Source of the DNA: a cyanobacterium endosymbiont of Rhopalodia gibba
GTDB lineage: Bacteria; Cyanobacteriota; Cyanobacteriia; Cyanobacteriales; Microcystaceae
NCBI GenBank assembly: GCA_045159875.1
Contig: CP067995.1
Coordinates: 1,504,001-1,568,000 of the forward strand
Reading direction: 5' to 3'
DNA: 64,000 bases
Shown here: one piece after another, positions 46,094 through 56,442 of the stretch
Numbering within the stretch: the first letter of the stretch is position 1
Layout: the number at the start of each line of letters is the position of its first letter
Made by a program: the position numbers and the translations under genes
Notes under the pieces: model-generated
The model's input: the letters and a program-made list of their open reading frames with translations, nothing else
Told to the model about the DNA's origin: nothing
Database searches by the model: none

Positions 46094-46762
46094 CTAAAAG
46101 CTACGATATTTTGTGTCAACAGTTTTCAAAAGAAAAATAGACAAGGTAAAGGCGAGATAGCCAACGCAAAAACCAGCAATAATATCTGTTGCCCAATGAA
46201 CGTGTAAATAAAGACTCGCCCAACCCATAAAAAAAGTTAAAATAGTGGATGTACTATAAAGATAAACAGTTAGTTTAGGAAACTTGGATGAAATCAAATA
46301 AGAAATATATAAATATAGCATGAAGTTACCAGAAATGTGACCACTAGGGTAACTGTTTCCTTGAACATCAATTAATCCTGGAGCAGGACGAATTCGATCA
46401 AATAAGGGCTTTAAAAGCTTATCAGTCAAGATAAGAATTCCCAGAGAAGAAACTGCTAAAACTTGGGCTTCTTTTAAACAACGTTTCCAGAATAAAAAAC
46501 CTAAACTGCCTAAAACAAAAAAAATAACAACTTCAGCTTCTCCCGACATATAAGAGACTCGCGCAAATTCAAATAAACCAGGTTGACGAAAGTGGCAAAC
46601 CCATCGTATAAAAGTTTCATCCCAAGCATCAAGATTTCCCCGAATAACTTCTTGATTCAGCCATGATAGTAGTAATAAGACAGTCACAAATGATGCTAAA
46701 GTCTTATTTTTTATTGCTTTGCCAATTTTCTCCATCACACTCTTTCTTAGCTTTAGCTTCAT
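46094..46762 (-). CDS. PAP2-family membrane phosphatase
   Basis: KPLFDRIRP (C1), YPSGH (C2), SLYLHVHWATD (C3 variant). Confidence 0.88.
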   Translation of the reverse strand: MKLKLRKSVMEKIGKAIKNKTLASFVTVLLLLSWLNQEVIRGNLDAWDETFIRWVCHFRQPGLFEFARVSYMSGEAEVVIFFVLGSLGFLFWKRCLKEAQVLAVSSLGILILTDKLLKPLFDRIRPAPGLIDVQGNSYPSGHISGNFMLYLYISYLISSKFPKLTVYLYSTSTILTFFMGWASLYLHVHWATDIIAGFCVGYLAFTLSIFLLKTVDTKYRSF

Positions 46763-46999
46763 ATCTAGTTAGAGGTTAAAATTTGAGTAAGTATCACCAT
46801 ATAATAACACTCGGATTTATAAACGGCTTAACTTTGACTTAATATGGGATTATCATGATCTTTTCTAAAAACTAATTATCAATAATTCTATAAAAACAAG
46901 TTATCTTAAAAGAATAAAACATCTTGTTCATCGGGTAAAAATTGTCATTATCATTGCCTCTGTGAGGAATTCTTAAGCAAATGGTTAATGATAAGATGA

Positions 47000-47850
47000 G
47001 TGTAACGAGGTTGAATTTTTTCCATCGAAGCTATAAAAAAACTCACACTCATGTAGGAGCTTTATTGTGAGATACATCTGAAAGATTAGAAACCTTCATT
47101 AATTTACTATTCAGACTTCCAGCGTATTAAAATTTGGGTGGAACAATTCCCGGTGGATAAATTCCCTTCAACTAAGGGTTAATAACTCTCTTGGTTTAAG
47201 GGGTAAATCAAGTAACCAAGCGAATGTCGCCTTAATTAATTTAAACTTGGGATGTAATTTTTGTTATTCAATTAACTATTGAAGTTTAGATTTAAAGAAA
47301 TTAGGGAACAGTTGATTATCTACAAAATTGTTGAAGGGATTAACCTACTAAATCTTAATTCATATCTTCTTTCCATGATAGAAAAAAAGAAAAAAGAGCT
47401 TAGATTTAACTCATTTCAAGAGAACCACTAATCATATCCGAATTTTACTTGTAAATTAATGATATTGGCATATTAAAGAATTTATCTTCTTAACAGAATT
47501 GGGCTATTGTTTCGATTATTACAAAAATGAAAAAACACTAACGAGTAAAGAATTTCAGAAAAGATTGTAGAAGTCTGTAATAGTGTTCTAGTGACAAAAA
47601 GAGATTTAGGAGTAGAAATAATTTATCAACTGGTTCCCGTGCAAAAAAAATATACTGTTCAATTATGGAATTCTAAGAGAATACCCATCATTATCGCCAT
47701 CTAAAATAATAGGCAGCACATTTCATAACTCCTGTCCGACTTATACCGAAGTCAATGATATTGCTGATATCGAAGACTTTATCATTTTTATTAAATTGGT
47801 CAAGATTTTGGCTAAAATTGTTCAGTATCTGGAATATATTGAATTGCCTA
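47000..47850 (+). pseudogene. Probable M28-family peptidase, degraded
   Basis: GC-richer patch with broken frames; late fragments WNSKRIPII and TYTEVNDIAD loosely resemble FWxxGYPAI...YHxxxDT. Weak match. Confidence 0.35.
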
Positions 47851-48328
47851 ACGCACTTCTCCGTTCAAAATTAAGGACACCCAAGCCTAAAGTTACGCTC
47901 TTGTTATTTTCAATAAATCTTAAACTTACAGCATACCGTCACCCTTACAAGGTAAAATGATCTCTCTTTATTAGTTTCTATAAATTACCCTTTTAGTCCC
48001 TAATTATTCTTACTTTCTGTGAAAGAATTTATCATTATCTTTATTTTATTTAGGGACCAATTTTTTCGTAAATTAATAAATAGAAAATTTACTTTTTTAC
48101 AACATTAGTCAAGCAAACTTAAATTTATTTGATTAGAGGTAATTTAACTTTACTTATGGAAGCTATTTTAGCTTTTGCATTTTAGTAATCCCATTAATGT
48201 ATATGAAACAAACCAATTAAACTTACTTTTTAAACACTTATTAAATTGGTTAACAATTATTAATTGACAAGTAAAAAAATGGGTTAATTTAAATAAACTT
48301 AAGACATTAAAGTAGTTTAAACAAAGTG

Positions 48329-48493
48329 CCTACGCCAATGTTCCTAAGAGTGAATTTTCAAGTTTTTTTGTGACAAATAACCGCATTAAAAGTACAAAGT
48401 AGATTCTTCAAGAGACTTATTTGCCAATCGAACTAAAAAATTAATAAAACAGGGTGAGTATTCAACGTAGAAACTCAATAAATATTTTTAATT
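48329..48493 (-). pseudogene. Fossil duplicate of the hemH 3' end including the decayed CAB linker
   Basis: 48362-48493 aligns to 48567-48698 (about 80% identity by manual alignment) and continues as LKIHS*EHWRR. Confidence 0.88.
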
Positions 48494-48544
48494 GATATTT
48501 TTTTGATAAATCTTTAATATTTAATATCAATTTTTTTAAAAAAT

Positions 48545-49579
48545 TTAATATGTAATGTTTTGTGGTGTTTTTTTAGGACGAATAACCGCATCAAAAGTAC
48601 AAGGAGGTTCTTCAAGAGACTTAGTCACAAGTCGAGCTAAAGAATCGATAAAAATAGGGTGGGTATTTAACGCAGGAACTCGATAGAAATTTTTAATTCC
48701 TGCTTCTTTAGCAACTTCTCGATATTCGATATCAATTTCTTGAAGAGTTTCAATATGTTCCGAAACAAAACTAATAGGAACTACTAATAAGTCTTTGACT
48801 CCTTTTTTCCCTAATTCTTTTAAAGAATCTTCCGTGTAAGGTTTGAGCCACTCCACCGGACCGACTCTACTTTGATAAGCTAGAGTGAAATCATTTGGCC
48901 GATTGAGGGTTTTCATTATTAAGTGAGTACAAGCTTCGATTTCTGCTTGGTAGGGATCTCCGGCTTTATCAACATAACTTTGAGGAACTCCATGAGCGCT
49001 GAAAAAGATATGGATATGACGAGGATTTTCACATTTATCTAATTCTCGAGTAATTAAATCGGCCATCGCTGTCAAATAATCAGGATGGTCATACCAAGAG
49101 GGAATTAAAGTATAGTTAATTCGTGTAAGATCACTATCAGATTGCCACATTTCTTCAAGCACTCGGAAGCTAGATCCACTGGTGCTAATGGAAAATTGGG
49201 GATACAGAGGAAAAATGACTAGACGCTCTATGCTGTCTCGTTTAATGTGATTGATTGCCTCTTCAATAAAGGGGTGCCAATAACGCATCCCAATATAAAT
49301 TTGAGCATCTTGCCCAATTTCTGCTAATTTTTTTTCCAAAGCTTTCCCCTGAGCTTCAGTAATCCTTCTCAAAGGGGAACCTCCCCCAATTTGCTCATAA
49401 TTTTTCTTAGATTTTTCGCTTCTTAACCGAGAAATCAACCAAGCTAAGGGCTTCTGTAACCAAGGGAAAGGTAATCGAATAATTTCTGGGTCAGAAAATA
49501 GATTAAATAGAAAGGGGCGAACATCTTGTAATTGTTCTGGTCCCCCTAAATTCAGTAATAAAACCCCGACGCGAGCCAT
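48545..49579 (-). CDS. hemH: Ferrochelatase, 344 aa, lacking the C-terminal CAB domain
   Basis: [54 protein letters not shown]; ends [11 protein letters not shown]. Confidence 0.97.
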   Translation of the reverse strand: MARVGVLLLNLGGPEQLQDVRPFLFNLFSDPEIIRLPFPWLQKPLAWLISRLRSEKSKKNYEQIGGGSPLRRITEAQGKALEKKLAEIGQDAQIYIGMRYWHPFIEEAINHIKRDSIERLVIFPLYPQFSISTSGSSFRVLEEMWQSDSDLTRINYTLIPSWYDHPDYLTAMADLITRELDKCENPRHIHIFFSAHGVPQSYVDKAGDPYQAEIEACTHLIMKTLNRPNDFTLAYQSRVGPVEWLKPYTEDSLKELGKKGVKDLLVVPISFVSEHIETLQEIDIEYREVAKEAGIKNFYRVPALNTHPIFIDSLARLVTKSLEEPPCTFDAVIRPKKTPQNITY

Positions 49580-49706
49580 AATTTTATGTAGATAAATAAC
49601 ATTTTCAGATTCTTTGTTAAGTTTAACAATATATAGGCTCAATATTGAGATTTCAATGACAAAATACTCATAATCTAGTGAGTTACATAAGTCAGGGGAT
49701 AACGAG

Positions 49707-50331
49707 TTGGTCACGATTTTTTTAAGAACCTGGAGTCGTCAATATCCTTGGTTACATAACACTATTTCACCTTCAACACTCAGAGATGTTGAACGGGAAA
49801 TAGTGTTATGTAACCTTACAATTGAAAATATTCCTATGAAATCTGATACTGGGACTTTAGATTTATGTTATAGCAGAGGTCAAACCACTAACTTTCTTTC
49901 TACTAAACTGGACTTAACGTCTCATCAACTCTCCTATTTCAGGCAGTCAAAGCGGTTTTTGGGGTCAATTATGTTTACGAATGAGCTAAAAATGCCTTTT
50001 GCTCAATTGAAATGTGGTTGAGTTCATACTAGTTTTGCTCTTGTTGCTCTCCACAAAATGTAAGCTAAGCAGCTTGAAAAAATTTTTTACAAGTTTATCA
50101 GATTTTTAACCATAAAGGGGTTTTGACTATAATTGATCTATATAAGCCAACTAAACATTTCGTCTATTTTGTCCATCTTTAACTATTTTTATATGGATAT
50201 TTGAAATGAAGACAGCCTGGAAGTTACTTAACATTGACTTAGTGACAAAGTTCACTTCAGTAGATTTTAGAGGTTGTCAACAACTACTTTATGGAAGAGG
50301 AAGTTTGCAAGTAATTCAAGTTAAGAAATAA
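49707..50331 (+). pseudogene. Class I SAM-dependent methyltransferase (UbiE/COQ5-like), degraded
   Basis: [23 protein letters not shown] (eroded motif I), VHTS..ALHKM*, IFEMKTAWKLLNIDL, RGSLQVIQVKK*; stops and frameshifts. Confidence 0.85.
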
Positions 50332-50373
50332 GATTAAAAATGCACCCTCCATTATATTGAGGTAAATAAACGA

Positions 50374-50931
50374 ATGTCCAAGACCAAATTATTACAACCT
50401 GATTTAGTTTTGGGAGATACTATTCTCGGTCTAACACCAGAAATTCTCACTCATTATCATATTAAAGGATTAGTCTTGGATGTAGACGAAACCTTGGTTC
50501 CCCTCCAACAAAGTCAAGTCTCCCAAGAGCTTGAGCAGTGGATAGAAACTATTAGACAGATGACTCCCATTTGGCTAGTCAGTAATAACTTAAGTGAAGG
50601 TCGCATTAGGAGAATTGCCAATACCTTAACCCTCCCCTACTTATTGGGGGCAGTAAAACCTTCTCGACGCAAATTACGGCAGGCTGTCCAGGCAATGAAA
50701 CTCCCAGTTAATGGTGTGGCTATGGTGGGTGATCGATTATTTACTGATATTCTAGCTGGTAATCGTTTGGGAATGTTCACCATCCTCGTCAAGCCTATAA
50801 CAGATACTACTGTGGCTGATCGTTACTACCCAATTCACAATTTTGAAATCTGGCTATCTCAAATCTTGGGGGTGTCTCTGATAGTCTCACAACATAAATT
50901 TACTAAAAATGATCGATCTTTAAAAGGCTAA
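50374..50931 (+). CDS. yqeG: YqeG-family HAD IIIA phosphatase
   Basis: LDVDETL, VSNN, KPS, VGDRLFTDILAGNRLG. Confidence 0.92.
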   Translation: MSKTKLLQPDLVLGDTILGLTPEILTHYHIKGLVLDVDETLVPLQQSQVSQELEQWIETIRQMTPIWLVSNNLSEGRIRRIANTLTLPYLLGAVKPSRRKLRQAVQAMKLPVNGVAMVGDRLFTDILAGNRLGMFTILVKPITDTTVADRYYPIHNFEIWLSQILGVSLIVSQHKFTKNDRSLKG

Positions 50932-50999
50932 GCTAATTTTGAAGAACTTGATTTCCCACTTTAGGTTAGCTTTTTCGAGAAGAACTTAGCCCTATCATT

Positions 51000-51720
51000 C
51001 TGAAATACTAGCTCATACTTGAAATGGTCTGACAATATTTGATGTGATATAACCACTATAAAAGTTTCTTGTGTGAGAAGTTATTTCTCCCCGACAAACA
51101 TAGTGTACAAGATACAATATCTACATCCTTTTTTTCGCGTGAATAGATTTTATATACAATAAAGGCAAACAAATCAATATCTATTACTAGCACCTCAAGT
51201 ATTTTAAATCAAACGGATAAGTCTTTCAGTTTTGTTTGATTTTTTACGAAAGTTTCTTTTTCTGTTTTCTAAGTCTTCATGAAGTAATTCTCATATTTCT
51301 TCTAAAAGAAGAAGTACAATTTGAACATTTTTTAAAGTTTTTATAGACAAATTAAAGGTTTTTTCCTCTTGTGAGCATCTCTACTTTTGGGAAAATAAAA
51401 CGCAGTTTTTCAACAGAACATACTTGTTGTTGAGTTATTTTCATGTCTTCTAAAAGCCTTCCACTTAAGATCTTTGAGTCACGGCTGTTGTAATATTTTT
51501 CGATTTTATTGACTGTAATAGCCTCTCGGTCTCCGTGTCAACAATTGAGGGTAACTCATTCTTATTATCCAGCAAATACATATGTTGTAATCTCTTCAAT
51601 GAGAACATGACCACAAATTCCTGTCCTCGTTACGCAAAGATTTATTCCCCGGATAACCTTGAGAATGTTTATTTATGGATGGTTATCGGACTGTATATGT
51701 ATTTCATATGACGGCAGAAA
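51000..51720 (-). pseudogene. Unidentified degraded CDS
   Basis: Coding-like composition with only short open segments (e.g. RGQEFVVMFSLKRLQHMYLLDNKNELPSIVDTETERLLQ); family not recognised. Confidence 0.3.
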
Positions 51721-51771
51721 GCTAATGTTGGTTATCTATACAAGATCTCTCTGGTCAGAGATAAATTAAAA

Positions 51772-51805
51772 AGTGTAGAGATATTTTGTCAAATATCTCT
51801 ACACT
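51772..51805 (-). terminator. Hairpin downstream of the PfkB kinase gene
   Basis: AGTGTAGAGATATTT-tgtc-AAATATCTCTACACT, 15-bp stem followed by a T run on the minus strand. Confidence 0.75.
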
Positions 51806-51827
51806 GAATTGCTAATAGAAAAATTTT

Positions 51828-52817
51828 TTAACTTGTTAGTAAAGATTTTAATTCCTCAGTAGTTAAACGAGGTCCATAATTAGTAACAATACGAGAAGAA
51901 GCCCGTGAAGCGAGATCGCCGGCTTGGCTATAGGTCATACCATGGGTGATTCCATAAAGAAATGCTCCCGCATACATATCTCCTGCGCCAACGGTATCAA
52001 TAGCCCGGACGGGATAGGGAGCAATTTCAATTAATACCTGACCATCAAAAACTAATGATCCCTTCGAGCCACAGGTGATAGCAAACCCCTTAGCTATAGT
52101 TTTTAAATAGGCGATTATCTCGGAAACATCTTTCGTATTAGATATTTTTTCGGCTTCTGCTTGATTAGCAAAAATAAAATCTAACCCAGAGCCAATAATC
52201 TTTAATAGCCCATTTTTAAAAAACTCCACTATGTTTGGATCAGATAAGGAAAAAGTGGTTTTTACCCCTGAAGTTTTTGCAATTTCCCTAGCTTTAATGG
52301 CTGCTGCTTGAGCAGTTGGGGAAGTGACTAAATATCCTTCTAAATAAAGATATTCAGAGTCAGAGATTGCTTCGAAGATTAATTCTTGTTCGGATAAATT
52401 GCTCGAAATACCTAAAAATGTATTCATGGTGCGATCAGCATCGGGAGTCACCATAACTATGCATTTTCCAGTGCTTTCCTTTTCGCTATCATCATTGTGT
52501 TCATTAGTGTCTAACCCACACTTGCGTAGATCTTCCAAATAAAATTTTCCTGCTTCATCCGCCGCCACTTTACAAGAATAAAACCCGTTACCACCGAATT
52601 GACTAAGAGCTATCATGGTGTTAGCAGCAGAGCCTCCACTACTTTGCTTACACGGTTGTCCATTAAGTTTTTTTAGTAACTTCTCTTGATGGACTTTATC
52701 CACCAGAGTCATGACACCTTTATCGATGTTTAATACTTGAAGTAATTCTGGTGAAACTTTAAATTCTATATCTACTAAAGCGTTACCAACACCATAAACA
52801 TGATATTTTTTCTCCAT
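51828..52817 (-). CDS. PfkB-family carbohydrate kinase (adenosine kinase-like)
   Basis: GNALVD, SGGSAANT, YLEGY, DTVGAGDMYAGAF; start at MEKKYH. Confidence 0.92.
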   Translation of the reverse strand: MEKKYHVYGVGNALVDIEFKVSPELLQVLNIDKGVMTLVDKVHQEKLLKKLNGQPCKQSSGGSAANTMIALSQFGGNGFYSCKVAADEAGKFYLEDLRKCGLDTNEHNDDSEKESTGKCIVMVTPDADRTMNTFLGISSNLSEQELIFEAISDSEYLYLEGYLVTSPTAQAAAIKAREIAKTSGVKTTFSLSDPNIVEFFKNGLLKIIGSGLDFIFANQAEAEKISNTKDVSEIIAYLKTIAKGFAITCGSKGSLVFDGQVLIEIAPYPVRAIDTVGAGDMYAGAFLYGITHGMTYSQAGDLASRASSRIVTNYGPRLTTEELKSLLTS

Positions 52818-53857
52818 GAATACTTTCTTGTCTAACGACAAACCTCTAAAATGTTCAATCATATTTTAGGACAACATAGAGCATTCGCATTATAACTTTA
52901 GTGAATTGAGCAGTAAACAAGATTTAATACAAGCTACCAATTAAGGTCAAGAGAAACTATTTTTATAATGTTAATTAATGTAGTTTTTTTAAAAAAATAA
53001 AAGTAGCTAAACTCCATAATTATCTTGTCTGAAATTTATTGTGTAATTGGTTGATAATATTTTAGAGATACATGACTAAATCAATTAAACTTTTACAAAA
53101 ACCGATTAAAATTATTTCAGACTTGGAATCATTGAATAAAAATAAAATACTATAAACTATTTTTATGACTTTAATAATAACTTAATCTTCAAGGTTAAAG
53201 GGTCTTGAAGTTAAGGAAAGTTACTCTACAAAAAAATACTCAAAAAATCTTTAAATTAAGAAATAATGGCGATATAGATAAAAATTCTTGATCTTATCTA
53301 TTAAACATAATCCTAAAAAGACAACAATATTTGCTAATCAAAATGTAGGTATTCGAGCTAAAATATAAACATTTTGACTATAAAATAGATATCAATACTA
53401 ACTACAAATGATCTTTTTAACGAGATTATTAACGACTTTTTAAAACTACTTAGTTAAAAAGTTAAGTAAAATATAGCAATAGCAGCTAAGTAGAACTAGT
53501 GCGGCTTTAATCTTACTGTCAATAGGCTAAGTTAAACTTTCTATTACTGTTGATAAGCTTATTCTAATTGAGAATAGTAATAATTTTGTTATTTCTAGTT
53601 TAGAAGAGCTAGAATCATCAAAAGATTGTCATTGTTTTTAGTTACGTAAATTGTCCGTTCTTTAATCTAAGGTTTATTCATCTACAGAAACTACAGTTAT
53701 TTAATAGACTTACATAATCGCTTCTCTTGTTTATTCATGATTCAAAAACAAAGGAGAAAAAACAGATACTACAATTTCTGCCTTCTCTCCCTATGTAAGT
53801 CTTAAGTGACTTAAGGCTAAATACTACTAATTTTTACTACCAGATACCTAAACAATG

Positions 53858-55150
53858 TTATTGACCTATAGCTTGGACGTTGGCTTCTTTAGAGTTCGTT
53901 ATTTGTTGTTTAAGTACTTCAAATGCTTTATTAAACTGGGGATCACCAAAACTTCCAATTCGCTCTCGATCTTGTTGGAGAGCTTTGCGTTCGTCGTCGC
54001 TCAATTCAAATATGACATCAGGGTCAATTCCTTGTTTATTAATATCTCGGCCATTGGGAGTGAGATACTTAGCGATGGTAACAGCTAACCCAGATCCATC
54101 CCCTAATCCCCGAACAGACTGCACTAAGCCCTTACCAAAAGTTTGAGTTCCTACAATCATAGCGCGTCTATGATCTTGTAAAGCTCCTGATAAAATTTCA
54201 CTAGCACTTGCTGAGCCGCCATCCACTAGTACCACTAGTGGTTTATCTGTTAAGGCGCGATTACTAGCTCGTTGTTGCTCTTCTTCTCCACCACGATTAA
54301 CTGTTGAGACAATTTTTCCTTCATCAAGCCACATTCGAGCGATTTCGATGCTTGAATATAGCAGTCCCCCAGGGTTGGAACGAAGGTCTAAAATATAGCC
54401 GTTAACCTGTTCGGCTTCTAAATTTTTAATAGCCTCTCTCATTTCTTGACCAGCTTGACTACTAAATTGAGTTAGACGAATGTAGCCAATTAACCCAATA
54501 GGAGTTTGTTGAGAACGAGAGCGAACAGGGTTTAGCTCTATGCGCGCCCTAATAAGGGAATAATCAGTTTCTTCAGCACTACGGCGAATCGTTAAAGTTA
54601 CTTCACTGCCTGGCTTACCTCGAATTAACTTAACAGCATCTCCGACGTCCATACCCTTAGTGATTTTGCCATTAATTTTTGTAATAACATCTTTAGATAA
54701 AATTCCGGCTTTAAATGCTGGGGTATTTTCAATGGGAGCGACCACCATCAATTCGTTAGTTTCTTCATCTTTGGTAATTTGAATACCTACTCCAGTTAAT
54801 TCTCCTGAAGTATCAATTTGCATATTTTTGAATTCTTCAGGATCCATAAATCGGGTATACGGATCTTCAAGCCTTTCGAGCATTTCCCGAATCGCCTTAT
54901 AAGCGTCCTTCTTGTCAACATAAGGACGCTTTAAATATTCTTGACGAATAGCTCGCCAATCTACCTGATTAAACGTTGCGTCAACATAGGTCCTGTTAAT
55001 GATCTGCCAGACTTCATCAACTAATTCTTTTGGATTATCTTGAAAAAAAGCTTGACTCTGGGAGAAACGGAGTCCTCCACCTGTGACTGCAACCGCAGTC
55101 AAGACAGCCGCGGTCGCGCCGAGAATTAGTCCGCGTTTTTGATTAACCAT
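53858..55150 (-). CDS. ctpC: S41 carboxyl-terminal processing protease, CtpC-like
   Basis: PKELVDEVWQI N-terminus, PDZ domain, DLRSNPGG, SASASE, TFGKGLVQ; the paralogue call is less certain than the family. Confidence 0.8.
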   Translation of the reverse strand: MVNQKRGLILGATAAVLTAVAVTGGGLRFSQSQAFFQDNPKELVDEVWQIINRTYVDATFNQVDWRAIRQEYLKRPYVDKKDAYKAIREMLERLEDPYTRFMDPEEFKNMQIDTSGELTGVGIQITKDEETNELMVVAPIENTPAFKAGILSKDVITKINGKITKGMDVGDAVKLIRGKPGSEVTLTIRRSAEETDYSLIRARIELNPVRSRSQQTPIGLIGYIRLTQFSSQAGQEMREAIKNLEAEQVNGYILDLRSNPGGLLYSSIEIARMWLDEGKIVSTVNRGGEEEQQRASNRALTDKPLVVLVDGGSASASEILSGALQDHRRAMIVGTQTFGKGLVQSVRGLGDGSGLAVTIAKYLTPNGRDINKQGIDPDVIFELSDDERKALQQDRERIGSFGDPQFNKAFEVLKQQITNSKEANVQAIGQ

Positions 55151-55367
55151 AAGCCTAAATTTATGCAAAGATAAAAGGGTAAAGAGATTTTTTACTAACT
55201 GCGTGTCAACTGTGACACTTGAACCTAATAGTGCAACCTGGTATACCTTCTACATATTGAGTTGTTTAGTTCATAGGGACAGACAAAGAGACAGACAGTT
55301 GGTTATTTTCTGATTAGAGTACTTTCCTCTAGTTATAACATCTTTTGAAAGTAGGTACAGTCATCCT

Positions 55368-56147
55368 ATGATGAATAATATACCAGTTGATATTGATTCC
55401 TTGAAAAGTAGGAGACAAACTTTATCTATTCAGCGACGATTAAAAGTATGGCAAGGGGTCTGGCGTTTTTTAGCTCTTTTGGGGATGGTGGGGGGATTAG
55501 TCTGGGTGGTCAGTTGGCCTCATTGGGTTATCAAAGACAAATCACAAGTTAAGATTGTAGGAAATCAACTATTGTCTTCAGAGAAAATTCGGCAGCTTCT
55601 TAAGCTATCTTATCCTCAGTCTATTTGGCAACTCCCCCTTCATAAATTGACCCAACAATTGAAGGCAGAACCCCCATTGAAAGATATTTATCTTACTCGT
55701 CAACTTTTTCCCACTCAAATAACTGTTATTGTCAAGGAACGACAACCTATTGCTATGGGGACTTCTTCTCAAGGGGATGGATATCTTGATGCCGCTGGAG
55801 TCTGGATTCCTAAAAATTTCTATAAAGAAGATACAGAAGTTAAGACAGAACAAGACCTCACGGTACTCGGTTTTGAACCTCAGTATCGTTCCCATTGGCT
55901 TGAGATATATCACCTAATTCTTCAGTCTCCTATAAACATTATGACGGTAGATTGGCGAGACCCAAGTAATCTGATTTTACAAACTGAATTGGGAACTGTT
56001 TATTGTGGTCCTTATAGCGATCGCTTTCAGGAACAATTGCAGGTTTTAGCTAAAATGAGAGAACTTTCGTCCCGTATTCCTTCAAGCCGTATTTTTTACT
56101 TAGATGTAACCAATCCTCGGTCTCCTTCGGTGCGTCTAACTCCTTAG
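55368..56147 (+). CDS. ftsQ: Cell division protein FtsQ/DivIB
   Basis: Single TM, POTRA-like region, KERQPIA; directly upstream of ftsZ. Confidence 0.93.
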   Translation: MMNNIPVDIDSLKSRRQTLSIQRRLKVWQGVWRFLALLGMVGGLVWVVSWPHWVIKDKSQVKIVGNQLLSSEKIRQLLKLSYPQSIWQLPLHKLTQQLKAEPPLKDIYLTRQLFPTQITVIVKERQPIAMGTSSQGDGYLDAAGVWIPKNFYKEDTEVKTEQDLTVLGFEPQYRSHWLEIYHLILQSPINIMTVDWRDPSNLILQTELGTVYCGPYSDRFQEQLQVLAKMRELSSRIPSSRIFYLDVTNPRSPSVRLTP

Positions 56148-56244
56148 TCTAATTTTCTGATTAATACCCTAATTTTTAACTATTTATTCGCAAATTTTCA
56201 CTTACTTTTAACGAAAACAATTATGCTTATAACATAACTAAAGA

Positions 56245-56273
56245 TTGACAAACTCTCACTAGATTTTTAGTGT
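56245..56273 (+). promoter_or_regulatory. Candidate sigma70 promoter of ftsZ
   Basis: TTGACA, 17-nt spacer, TAGTGT. Confidence 0.5.
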
Positions 56274-56442
56274 ATAAGAATGAGATAAGTCCGTGCAAAT
56301 AGTAAGCTCTTATGTGTAGGTGAATGTTCAACCCGTTGCATAGGTATACTAGATCCAACATTTACCAACTATATTTTAGACTAATTAAACGGACTGTCGT
56401 CTAACTTTTTTGCAACTGTTCCTAATCAATCGTCAATACAAA

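Noticed and set aside
53858..55150. CtpA (D1-processing protease) as evidence of photosystem II
   Set aside because: The N-terminal PKELVDEVWQI pattern fits the CtpB/CtpC paralogues better than CtpA
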